Source: Dipteris shenzhenensis (taxonomy: Eukaryota). Taken from it: a stretch of 64,000 nucleotides of DNA. Position 1 is the stretch's first letter, and every line of letters begins with the position of its first letter. Below, one piece after another: positions 25,101 through 37,599 of this stretch. Position numbers and translations under genes: made by a program. The notes beneath the pieces are model-generated. The model searched no databases, was not told where the DNA came from, and saw nothing but the letters and a program-made list of their open reading frames with translations. Where the stretch lies: NCBI GenBank assembly GCA_047967505.1, contig CM106538.1; one strand, given 5' to 3'.

Positions 25101-25436
25101 CGAGTCTGTTGAATTGTATCTTGCAAAGCTAGCTCCCTCAAAATCAGAACCACTGCCTCTTGAATGGTCCCCTGAGGGACTGGAAGGAGTATGCACAGCA
25201 AATGAAGCCCTACTTGGGAACACCTTACCAGTGGAAAAGTTACTCCACAGTTCCCAACATAAGAAGTTTCAAAAATATAAGCCACATGTGCAGGTGAAGC
25301 TCGATCAAGAGACTTTAGAGAAAGAAAGTCAAAAAGAGCCTAACAAATTGGTAAATGAAACTATGCCACCTAGTACACATGGCGCATGTCAGGCTAGTTC
25401 AACACCATCAGAGGCTGATCTTCAAGAAGTGTCGGA
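22170..25436 (+). pseudogene. Decayed Ty3/gypsy gag plus aspartic protease
   Basis: Gag LPKYNGRGDP...ASEWY...FIAGLR, four CCHC-type knuckles at 22940-23540, and protease AIVDGGAGVN...ILLGRPWL (24144-24665). Many stops and frameshifts; interrupted at 25437 by a copia LTR. Confidence 0.85.
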
Positions 25437-26445
25437 TGTGAAGAGAGTGGGAGAGAAGGAAGGAGTCTCACTTGCAGCTTTCTCACATACACAATGGGGG
25501 AATATACACAAAGGTGGAGGTTGAAAACAGTTTTCCTCTTCTTAGTTGTGAAAGCCAAAAGAACTCTAAGTACAAAAGAATATGTGAACCCTATATGTGG
25601 GTCTCAAACCAAAATCAGCTAACTAAGGTGGCATACTAACTGAGCCACTAACTAGAGTACATAAAGATAGCTATCATCCAGCTATTATTCATGGCCGGTG
25701 TACCAACCGCATCTGCAGCTAACAAGTCGGTGACATAAATGCACAACAATCACCCTGGCATATCACGAGTGGAGCTTGATATCTCAACACTCCCCCTTGA
25801 GCTCAATCCCAATTCTTGCACACCAAGCAGGTCTCTAAACTTGCACAGCTTCTCTACACCCAATGCCTTCGTGAATATGTCAGCTAGCTAATCCTCTGTG
25901 CTGATATAAACTAGATCAATAAACCTACTAGAACCTTCTCCTACACATAGTGATAATGCACCTCAATGTGCTTTGTTCTAGCATGATAGACTGGGTTATT
26001 TGCCAAGTGTATACTGCTCATGTTGTCACAATAAATGACAACTGGCCCATCTGTAGAATGATGCATATCATAAAGTAGCTTATGTAACCTAGCTACCTCA
26101 CATGCAACCATTGCTGCACCCCTGTACTTAGCCTCTATGCTCGACAAGGCAACTGTAGGATGTTTCTTGCTGCTCCAAGTGACTGCAGCACTCCCAAAAG
26201 AGAACATATATCCACTTGTATATTGTCTATCAGAAATACTACCAGCCCAATCAGCATCAGTGTATCCATGCAACTGTATTTGAACCCCAGTCTCATAAAA
26301 TAGTCCATACTGCAATGTGGACTTCACATACCTCAGTATGCGTCGAGACACATCCAAATGCGGTTTCCTTGGAGCCTGCATAAGCTGACTTACCAACCCA
26401 ACAACATAGCTCAAATCTAGCCTGGTAATAGTCATATAAATCAAA
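25437..26445 (-). mobile_element. 5'-truncated sibling of copia element 1 (3' LTR 25437-25789, PPT, RNase H, end of RT)
   Basis: The LTR aligns to 5166-5516 and the internal part aligns to 297-~955. Homology stops abruptly near 26445, and stop codons are present. Confidence 0.95.
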
Positions 26446-27701
26446 TTAACTGTGCCAGCTTGGTGGCCACAGACGTGGCTGATGAGAGCCACCACCACCA
26501 GGCAATAATTACCACAAAAGTAAATCATGAAGACTAATCACTCATTACCATGCACTCTAGTACTCTATTGAGCATGCAAGCCCAGTGATTGGCAATTAGC
26601 CGTGCATGCAAGCCCAGTGGTGGTAACTAAAAGGTGAGTAATTGCAGGCCTATGGTGGCTTGTAATTAACTTCCATCCTGGTAGAATCTTAGATGCCACC
26701 ATAGACATGGTTGGTAATCTTAGATGCCACCTTCAACCTTCATGCCAAAATTTGCTCAATTTGCCTTGGCAAGAGACGTCTTGAATAGTTTGTTCTTCTT
26801 CCACTCCTTACTCTGTCTAGTCCTTAGCATCATATCTGGTTTCAAAACTCTTACTCTATTCCTTGGCATCATATCTTCCTCTCTCCAATCCTTGGTATTG
26901 TATTTGGTTTGGAAGTTCTTATTTTTCCCACATTCTTCTCAAGTTTGAGTATACTCAAGATTCATTAAATGTATGGATTTCATGACTCTAGTCATCTAAC
27001 CTTACAATACATTTATCTCTCTCTTTTTGATATCATTGCTTTCTTAGTCTTAACATTAATTTCAAGTTGATTGGCACTACTTGCTCCGATTTTGCTTCAT
27101 TGACATAGCTATCATAGACCATTCCCTAGTAGAATTGCCAAAAATGTTGGTGGTCTTTTTTTCCTTCTTGATTGACTAGAATTTAGATGCTTAGATTGTG
27201 CATGCTCTCATCAAGATGCCCTCTCTTGAACTCCTTTATTGGCCCAATGTAGTGCTTAGTTGCAGGGGAAATGAGCATCTACTAAAACCCAGGTTACTAT
27301 AATGTGGATAGAGCCAGATGGAGATGGGTAAAATGACCATGTGACAAAATCCAAAGGGAGAGAGAGTAGGTGGAAACACAAACTTGTATTATTCAAGAGG
27401 GTTATTATAGCCCATTACAACAATTTTTATCTATGTGTTAAGATATGTGTACAATAGTGCTTTGTGTATACAAGTGGTAAAAGTGCTCACTAACTCTCAC
27501 TCTCACCTTGGCTCTAGTCCCACAACATAAGTTAAAGTACATAGTTTTAGCATTGGCAACAATAGCACAATAATAGTATCAACATCTTGTTCCTCATCAA
27601 TGTTGTGCCTTATTTAGGAGAAGTGTGTGGGTCCATCAATTTAGTTGCATGTGCACACTACCACTTTGTGATCTCCTTGGTGCACTTTACCATACAACAA
27701 C

Positions 27702-30700
27702 TGTTGTCTCTGTGCCAACATGGACTTAGGTAGTACAGAATGTGTGTGTAAAGTAGCCGGCAAAGCTTTGCTTATACTTGCATAAGGCTAGAAATAATCC
27801 CTCTTAGAAATCCAACTTGCATGTTCTACATGCAAGTTCTACATATGATTCCTACATGCAACTCCTACATGCGAGTTCTACATGCAACTCCTACATGTGA
27901 GTTCTACGTGCAACTCCTACATGTGAGTTCTACATGAAAGTTCTACATGCATGTTCTACATCCAACTCCTACATGCAACTCCTATATGTGAGTTCTACAT
28001 GCATTTTCTACATGCAACTCCTACATGCGAGTTTTACATGCAACTCCTACATGCAACTTGCAACTTCTACATGCAACTTCCATATGCAAGTTCTACATGT
28101 AGAGAGAGAATTTCTTACAATTCCTACATGCAGAGAGAGAAGCTCTCCAACTTGTATAAATACCCCATAATGGAATGAAGCCCACACTCTTTGGGGAATT
28201 GTCTCAAGTGTCCATGCTTCCTTGCACTCCACGTCCAAAAGCATGTCCTAACCTTGCAGTTTCTCCTCCCCTCTCCTCAACCTTGCAACCCATCCTCTCC
28301 CTCTCCTCCTCCCTTCTCCTCCTCCCTCCTCCTCCTCCTCCTCCTCCTCCTCCTCCTCCTCCTCCTCTCTCCTCCTCCCTTCTCCTCATCCCTCCTCCTC
28401 CTCCTCCTCCCTCTTCTTTCCCCCTGCTCTTACACCTTCTTCCTCTCCCACTCCTATGCTCCCCCTAAAGCCTTAGCTCCTCAACCCTTAACCTCCATGA
28501 TCTACAAGGGAGACGATGTTGAGAGTTGTGGTGCCATGAGCACATGTAGAGCAAAGGTTATCTCAAGATTCTCTTTATGAGTCCGAGATAATATATCTTG
28601 GAACCTAATTGACTTGAGGTACATGTCATGAGCACTCTCTTCATCATGTTTCCACATAGGTTCCATCCACCTTAGGGTGCTCCATAGATCCTGAGGCACA
28701 CATGTTTTGTCATGGTATTAGAGCTTAGGTTTAGTCTCCTAGATTAGTTGTGGGCTTGCCTTAGAAGCACATGTTTTCTCCTAGGTTAGTTTTAGTTTTT
28801 AGTTTTCTAGATTGAAAGAATTCCCTCCATGAAAATTTGAGATATTTCTGTTCTTGTGAGAGAGAGAGAGAGAGAGAGAGAGAAAGATTCATGTTCATGC
28901 CTCTTGAGTGATTGTTCATGTTAGAGATTTGCTAAGAGATCCTTGTGTTTGAGAGAGATTTGAGAGAAAAGCTTTCGACAGGGAGAGAGAGCCCGAAGCT
29001 CTACCAAACCCCACACATCCAAGCTTTTCCTACATGCAACCTCAGCCGAAATGCAAGCAAAGAGCTCTTGCAACTCTCTCCAACAACAGTGGGCAACAGA
29101 TGACTAGCAGACACAATGCTCCACCCAAGCCAACATTTAACTCCTAAGCAGCTATGAGCTCCTCAGCCAAACTCTGCAAATGCACCTCGGCTGCATATAG
29201 CCAGCAAAGCATATCCCTTCACGTGGCTAAATCTCCAACAGCGCCTCCAACATCGGTTGCACACAACAACGGATCTCCAGTGCCTTAAGCCCTTCTCAAA
29301 GGCCAGAGAGATCGGAAGCACTTCACACAGCCCACAACTCTGCAGCTCTTCCATTAGCTATGAATGCTTGAGATAGCAGTGCCGCCTTGCTCTCCCTAGC
29401 CTCCAGTCTCCTCAGCAAGTTACTCCAGAAGCTTCTGAGCCAGTCGCCAGTCAACAGTACCTCCTCGAGCAGCCACCACGGGCTTCATATCCAAGATGGG
29501 CTTTCTCAACACACAGCCCTTCTGTAGCTCTAGGCTTCAAGACTGACTCCCTATTGACAATGCGTGTCACAAGGTGATGCCTCTGCTTCATCGACGACTC
29601 CACCTCATTGAGCGCAGAGCACCTCTTCAATGAGGGACTTTCAATAGCCGCCTATCGACCACTTGCACAAGCCACAACTCCACTTCTCCAAACGAGGCGA
29701 CGGCTCTGCGATCCTCCATCGTTGTCCGCATCGTCGACATTGAGAGAAGCTTCAAATCTTTTCTCTGTTTTCTCCCTAAGGTTAGACCTTTGGAAAATGA
29801 CACATGGCACATTTGGAACCAAACCTACGTTAGCTGCCATGTCACCTAACCACAGGGTGTACCCTAGGCCAAGAAATAGCCACGTGGCAGATAGATTTGA
29901 GCTCTAGTCAAGTTACAACCATGGTTAGGTTTAAGGTTAGTTATGACACATGGCATAGTTCTACCTAAGCACAGAGTCCCTTGCTAAGCACAGTATGGAA
30001 TTCAACATGTGAATCCCTGTGCCACATCATCAAGACCCCTCTTCTTCACAAAAACTTTGACAAGCTGTAACTTGTAATCCAGGAAGAATTTGCACACGCT
30101 CCAAAAAGGAAAAGTGATCGTCTTTTTGAGCTCTATGCACCTATCAGATCAGAATGATTGTTAGCAATTAGACACTACCATTGAAGCAAAATAAAGCTCA
30201 TGGTAAGACCTTTGTAACAAATGAGAAATCAACGCATGAATGCACAAGGCATGCAGAAAGCACAAGTGCATGAGATGACCATAGCATGAAGCATGGCATC
30301 CACACATAAAGCATCAAGGCACATGGAAGAACAAATCATCATGCATGAAGCTACACCAAGCAAAGAAGCAAATGCCATCGTCATCAAGCCATGAGCAGAA
30401 TGATAGGAACAACATGTATTGAGAAACAAAAACCTTGCCAACCTTGCCTATGTTTTGTAAATCAAGCCTGACCACCTGAGAGTAGCTATGAAAGCACCCA
30501 GGGGAGGTATCGACATGTAGAAACCACACTTGACCACCTTAAGTAGCAATACATGCACTAAGGGGAGGTGATGGATTTGTAACTCACTTCTGACCCCCTT
30601 GCAGTAGCCAAAGGATCATGGCACCAAGGGGAGGTGTTGAAAGTTGTGGTGCCATGAGCACATGTACAACAAAGGTATGAATAAAGGGCAAGCTGCCACA

Positions 30701-31421
30701 TGGCATGAAGGAGATATCCCACATGTGAGCAAGCATATGGATGTAAGTACCCTCACCTATAAAAGGGAGGTTCATTTGAAGTAATATCAATCAAGCACTT
30801 TGCACTATCTCAAGATTCTCTTTATAAGTCCAAGCTAATCTATGTTGGAACCTAATTGACTTGAGGTACATGTCATGAGCACTCTTTTCATCATGTTTCC
30901 ACATAGGTTCCATCCACCTTAGAGTGCTCCATAGATCCTGAGGCACACATGTTTTGTCAGATGAGTTCTCCACCATGTCCTCTACCCTGAACCTTGGATC
31001 CTCCTTCTACCCCTGGAATCTCTTCTAAACTCTGGACCTCTTTCTAAACCTTGGAATATCCCTCTAAGTGTTGAGCCTCCTTCTAAGCCTTGAACCTCCT
31101 TTTAAACCTTGGAATCTCCTTCTGAACCTTGGAACCCCCTTCTAACCCTTAAACTCCTCCTAAACCCTACAACCCCCAATGAAGGCGAAAGCCTTCATTA
31201 CCTCAACCATAATGATACACGTTTCTTTTACACATGCATGCAGTATGTTTGCTTACCACACTTAAGCCTACGTCTCTCACCGAAATACAACTTGAGGTCC
31301 TAAGCTACACGTATACTACAAACAACAACCCCGATATATCTGTAGGTGACAAAAAGCCTTGGAACCCTGCATACTAAGAATACCCTACTCTTCCTGCGGA
31401 AGCTGTGGGAAAGAGCCAACA
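27702..31421 (+). repeat. 5' LTR (~1.28 kb without the nested insert) of an Athila/Tat-like gypsy element
   Basis: TGTTGTC...GCCAACA. It is the reverse complement of 41044-42359 once 28517-30964 is removed. It contains CTACATG repeats, TATAAATA and a CCT tract, and is followed by a PBS. Confidence 0.88.
28517..30959 (+). mobile_element. Non-autonomous LTR element (large TRIM/LARD-like, 2.44 kb) nested in the Athila-like LTR
   Basis: LTRs at 28517-28712 (internally deleted) and 30635-30959. PBS TGGTATTAGAGC at 28713, PPT AAGGGGAGG at 30626-30634, and TSD GACGA (28512-28516) / GATGA (30960-30964). No recognisable gag or pol motifs inside. Confidence 0.92.
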
Positions 31422-31423
31422 TT

Positions 31424-31441
31424 TGGTGCCGCTGTCGGGGA
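31424..31441 (+). other. Primer-binding site, tRNA-Asp (Athila) type
   Basis: TGGTGCCGCTGTCGGGGA sits 2 nt after the LTR end and differs by three transitions from the Athila consensus TGGCGCCGTTGCCGGGGA. Confidence 0.75.
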
Positions 31442-32059
31442 GACTAGTGCCTCAAGAAACGAGTAAACATATGTAGGTATGTGTAAAAGAAAAACTACTA
31501 CGAATTTTCATGCACTCAAGGGCAAGGAGAGTAAAATTTTTTCCAACTCTAGCCAAACATATCAACCCCAAGCATCAACCTTAGATTACTACCTTAAGAA
31601 ATTTTCTTTAAAAGAAGCCGCTTGATAAACAAATCAGGCTAGGTGGTTGATACGAATGCGTAGTGCTTGCAATTTTGATCGTTTCACCTTTTTGCAGAAG
31701 AGCAAACTGAGCTAATCATGAAAAGTTATGACTCGGGAAGAGTTTAGGGTTCAAGCCTAAACCTACACCCATTTCCTATAAAAACCCACTCCACCCCCTC
31801 ATTCTTCATCTTTCACATCTTGCCTCCATCCTCTTCCCCATTCCGAGCCCTATGCAAGACACTCCTCCCTCTCCATTGATGACCACCCTACTCCCATCCT
31901 CACATGATGAGTTACTTGGAGCCCATCTCGCAGTGATAACCTAGCCATCCACCCACCATCCATTGGTCCTCAACAATCATGTTACATCGAGAAAGACTTG
32001 GAGAGCGTTCAGGTAACCATCTCTTCCTCCCTTTGGATTTTCGTCAAAGTTTTTCGTCC

Positions 32060-32319
32060 GTCAAGTTTTTTTTTTCTTTTTTCCCCCTCCCCCTCCCCCT
32101 CCACCATTCCCTCCTCCACCACCCTCCCCTCCATCTCCACCACCCCCTCCCCCCCCCCCCCTCCCTCCATTCCCCCCCCCCCCCCCTCCACCACCACCCC
32201 CCCTCTCCACCACCCTCCCCTCCATCTCCAACACCCCCTTCCATCTCCACCACCCCTCCCCCCCCCTCCCTCCATCCCCCCCCCTCTCTCTTTCTCTCTC
32301 TCTTTACCCTGCTCCCTCT

Positions 32320-32381
<62 letters not shown>

Positions 32382-32455
32382 CCCCCCTTCCCTCCTTTCT
32401 CTCTCTCTCTTTTCCCCCCTCCCTCCTTTCTCTCTCTCTCTCTCTACCCCCCTCC

Positions 32456-32490
<35 letters not shown>

Positions 32491-33140
32491 ACCCCCTCAC
32501 TTACCTCCCTCTTCTCTCTTTCTCTTTCTCTCTCTCTCTCTACACCCCCCTCACTCACCGTCCTCTTCTCTCTCTCTCACTTTCTCTCTCTCTCACTTCT
32601 CTCTCTTCTTTCCCCCCCTCTCTCTCTCTCTCTCTCTTCTTCCCCTCTCTCTCTTCTCCCCCCCCCCTCTCTCTCTCTCCCTCTTTCTGTCTCTTTCGCC
32701 CCCCCCCCCTCACCGGCCGCTCCACTCCCTACCCTAAGGGCATAAAAGCCCCTATTGAAAACTAAGGGCTAAAGCCCTTAGTAAGGGCTTTAAATCCTTG
32801 CCTAAGGCACAGCGACCCTGTGCAACACCTGCCCGCGACAACACAGCCAGTGATGGCGCACGCAGAGCCGCTCGTGGTGGCACAGTCAATGGTGCTGCCT
32901 GCCTCCACCATGCATGCCTCCGCCTTTGAACCCCCTCTGCCTCTGCCATGCCCGCCTCCGCCTCCGACCCCCCTCCGCCTCCGACCGCCTCCAACCCCCC
33001 CTCCTCCACCCTTCACCCCCCCTCGACCACCACCCTTCCCCCCCATCCCCCCGACCCTCCCCTCCTCCATTTGCCCCCTCTATCCCCTCAGACCACCGCT
33101 TACTGCCGTGCGATGCCCCCCCCCTTTACCCAAAAAAAAA
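32060..33140. repeat. C/CT-rich low-complexity tract
   Basis: Poly-C, (CT)n and CCA/CCT runs. Confidence 0.95.
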
Positions 33141-33145
33141 AAAAC

Positions 33146-33480
33146 CTAACCTAAACCTAGGACTAACCCTGGTTAGGTTACATTGACCTAGGTTAGGTTA
33201 GCTTTAACCTAGGTTAGTTAGGTTAACTTTAGGTTAGTTACATGCAGTTAGGTTAGTTTAACTATTGGTTAGTTACACTAACTGGATAGCTAGGTTAGTT
33301 TGATTGTACTAGGTTAGTTCAACTAATTGTGGTTAGTTTAGTTAGCTACAGTTTGTTTAACCATAACTAGGTTAGGTTAGACTAACTGTTAGGCATCTAA
33401 CTAGATAGTTAGGTTAGTTAGACTAACTAAGCCAGTTAGATCAATTGAGCTAGGTCAATTACTACCCCTCAGTTAGACTT
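33146..33480. repeat. Degenerate GGTTA/GTTA minisatellite-like tract
   Basis: Repeated taggttagtta / ttaact units. Confidence 0.8.
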
Positions 33481-33899
33481 AAAGCCCATTCACACCAAAC
33501 CTTAAGACCAAGCCCCTCCCCCCCTCAATATGTGTTTTTTTAAAAGTTATACCTTGAGAGAGATTGAAAGGGAGTGCAAAAATTGATTCCTTCTTCTATC
33601 AACACTACTTCAAGTCTACGCATCAATGGATCATTATTAACTTTAACTTCTCAAACCGCTAACAAAGAAGGAGAGGGTGTGTTGTCTCTTAACTAGCTTG
33701 CAATTTCCAGGCTCCTACTAGGATCAACTACCCCACACATATTCAGAATTCATGCAAGTTATAGATTTATATACCATTCTTTTCTTCTTTTTCCTAAGAC
33801 TAGGCACTTGAATTGGAGTCCCATCTTTGATATCCTTCTCTTGTTCTAGAGAATAGCTTCTACCTTAGATTTGGCATTTGAAAGATAAAGGATAGGTCC

Positions 33900-35000
33900 T
33901 CCTCAAAGACTTGATCGTTAGAACATTGCCTAAGAATCTCATGTATCCTAGTATTAGCAACTAGGTGAGGATTTCAAGGGCCTTCCTTCATCAATTTCCC
34001 CTTTAGTTATTGGCTTAGCTGACTCAGGAAGTTGGTAGCCAACTCTTCCAGGTTTATGTCCTTGGTAAGCAGAAGTGTCTCCTTGGCTTCAATACCACTT
34101 GTTATTTTAGTAGTTTGGGACATGTCTAATGAAGCCACTTGGGTCTTATATCCTTGAGTTTTCTCCTTCATATTATCCCCTAGGCATATAGTGGTCTTCC
34201 TACATAGCTCAAACCATCCTTTCATGTGGATTGCACCATGAATTTAGGTGCTTAACCTAGGTGATGTAGTCGCAAAGGTACTCTGTCTCCTTTTGCTTAA
34301 CTTTGTACAATTGGTTAATAGGGATGAATGGCTTCCTTGGCATGTCCCAATCGAAATTTTCCTTAGGATTCAAATCCCTATACAACGACTTGCCTTGCCA
34401 TCTAGGCTTAGTCCAAAGTAATTGACCTTGTCCAAGTCATTCAATGTCCCTAAATGTCTCTATGTGGTACATTGGATCTCCTTCATCCAGGAATTCGGTT
34501 ATGAGATTGGATATCGTGTTTGGTTTTCTCCTAGACGAGTTGGTATCCCTTCTAGTTAAGGTTTGTGCCATGTAACCCCTTCCTAGTTCTTGCACTAGGA
34601 TCCTCATGGCTTCATTAGTAATAAGCACCGTTTGTGGTGCAAGAGGATTTACTAATAGGGAGGGAACTGTACCATAGCTAGGCTACACTAGGGGTGGATT
34701 ATAGGATGTTGTTGGCTGGACAAAGGTATGATTGGACGTCCTTAACCCAGTGAACCCTCATTCAAGGTGGGCTTGGCCTTACTAGTTGCACTGGTGTGAT
34801 GGCCTAGGCATAGTCACACTTATATTGGGCATTGGTCTATAGGGGTAGGGAGTGCCTTTTGAGCCTCCTCCCTAGCTTGGATATAGAGGGGGGCAAGAAG
34901 CTATGGTTTGTGGTAATGTGTCCCCCTTGTGTCTGATTCAACTAGATTTGGAAGCCATAGAGGCTCTGAGGTTTGGATTCTCACCCATTTTCCTTCAAAG
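33900..35000 (-). pseudogene. Heavily decayed gag-like remnant
   Basis: EFLDEGDPMYHIETF resembles the F.G..DP..Hl..F gag motif and follows a Pro-rich stretch. No continuous frame. Confidence 0.4.
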
Positions 35001-37599
35001 ATCATGGAATCCTCAAAGTTTATAATATCAGCTTGGGGAGGCCTGTGTATAGAGTGCAAGCTCAGGGTTCAGACGGAGATGATTCTAAGGTGGGTATTGG
35101 CTGGATAAGATGTTATTAGAAGTGCTATCCCTTGGTTCCAATTCAAATGCAAGAACCCTTATGACCCTCAAGTGCATGTACGTGAGGCAACTGGTTAGTC
35201 CAGATGTCCACACAAGGGCCCAATAGGCCACATTTCTTGGATGCTATGTTATGGTCAATACGTTAGCAATACATTAAGGCTAATGCTACAAAATTGCAAT
35301 GTACATACGGGCTAAGACGATGTAGGTACTGGCTAGCGATGCAAGTATTGGATGCAATGCAAGTACTAGCTATGATAAGTACTGGCTAGGTGATGCATTA
35401 AGGTTATCTCTCCATGCATAGCGTTATGTGGCTAACTTGCCTACATTGCACTAGGTATGATGCAAGTACTCGCTAGATGATGCATTGCTTAAGGCTATCT
35501 CTCCATGCATAGCATTATGTGGCTAACTTGCCTACATTGCACTAGGTGCATCCCACCATATGCTACATTTTGGCCATCTCCCCATGCGCTACATTATCTA
35601 ATGCTAACGGGTGCTATGTTGATAATATTGCAGTGTCTAAGTTGACTTTTCTAATGCAATGTGGGTAGGTGGCTAATAGCATTAAATGCCAATTGGCAAT
35701 GTTAGAGTTAGATCATTAAGGATTATTGCAATGTCTTCTTTGCACACAGTTCACTAATGGGAGTTTGATGATTTTTTTGATGACTTTGAGTTTTTGTGCA
35801 GGGTTTTTGAGCTTCCAAGAGTCTAGGCTACCTATTATACCTATTGAAAATTGAAAACAACATCAAAAAACACATTCATGGGGAAAAAATGGGAATCTTT
35901 CCATGGTGACAGGTTTGGCCTTCCCAAGAACTCAAAATTCATGAAAAATCTTAATTTCATTGAGTTTTTTTTGGGATTTGATTGTACAAACATCTTAGCA
36001 ATCTCCTAAGCTATCTTGTACTAAGTTTAACAACCACAAACACCAAAAAACAACTCACAATCACCCTAAATGCTTCAAAAATAGGAAAAGACACCTTTCT
36101 TCTTTCTTCTTCTTTACAACCAACTTCTATTATCCAAAACCAACACTCCTTAGTTAAGCTAGAAAGCATTGGGAAATGAGTAGATAATGGAAGAAGATAA
36201 GACACAATGCAAAAGATTACCTGGATTTCCCTAAAATTGCTACAAAAAATGTGTGATCTTGGCTACTGTGACTCAGATTTGCAAGGTTGTTGCCAATATG
36301 CTGATGATGTCCACTCTACTCTACTACAAGTAGGGAGAAATGCAAGTGATGGTCAACCATTTAGTGTCACTCTAACAGCTATCGACAATGATTCTACAAG
36401 AGGGGGGGGGATGGAAATGAGGAGAGAGAGAGGGGGAGGGAGTGGGGAGAAGGAAAGAGAGAGAGGAGAGTGGCATTGACAAAGGCACAACATGGAAACA
36501 AGAGCATCCTTCACAACTCATAGAGAGAAAGAGAGCCTGTATTCCAAAAGTGCAACACAACAAGTGAAGACCAAAGTCAAGCTTTTGGTCATATGTATAT
36601 CTCACCTTTTTAAGGGAGGGACAACCCTTTTCATCCTTGCACCCCCTCGATTCTCTCTCTTTACAATTTGCTTGCGCCTATCCGGCTCCCAGGCATGATG
36701 TTACTCTCTTTCTTTTGTCTTGGGCTTCCTGTAGCTTTGCTTTCATTGTTGCTTTCCCAAAGTATTGTAAATGTCACCTGTGTTACCCAATTATGACCAG
36801 GCAGGATAATAATGGCTTATGCCATGCTATACCTTCTTGTAGTATGCCCAAGATCATGAATTGCTAGTCGTGGGCAAGTACCACAAATGGCACTTGTGTT
36901 ATCCTGTGACTTGGGTAGCTAGACCTCGGAAGCTATTTTGAAAGTACATGTTTTTTTTTGAGAAAGCCCATGTAGTTGACAATGAGGCTATTAGCAATGA
37001 GTGACTTGTTATTTCCTTTGGATGTAGTGGACCTAGGAAACTATTTCAATATTGCATGTTTGGTTTAAAAGAACCTAAAAAATGGGCACCTTTGTTAGCC
37101 AATGTGACTCTATTAACCCATGCAGTTAACATAATTTTTGAGGGACTAAAATTGGTCCACATTAAGACCCTTCCAAAGTATCATATTCATTAGAGATAAA
37201 CACATAGGATCAACTTGGACCCAGATGCATATTTTTCAAACTTATGCATGGTGACTTATAAAGAAGGAAAAATGCATGCCCAACCTTAAAAATGGATGCA
37301 TATGTTACTTTGCACGGCCAATAAAGTGGGTAAGATTGAGTCCCTTTTAAAGTATCATATCCATAGGAGATAAACATGTACGATAGAATTACCCCAATGC
37401 ATATTTTTTTCAAACTCACACATGATGGATGGTGAGAAACCAAAAAAATGTATGCCCAACCATGCAAATGATATCTGAAGGGTATTATACTTTTCACATG
37501 CCTAAAAATGGGTAGCATTAATGCTTGTGCAAAATTTCTTACCCATTAGAGACACACAAATGTGATAGAAGCATCCCGATGCATATTTTTTGACACTTT

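Noticed and set aside
31979-33186. Pro/Ser/Leu-rich extensin-like ORFs
   Set aside because: They come from poly-C and (CT)n tracts and have no gene structure.
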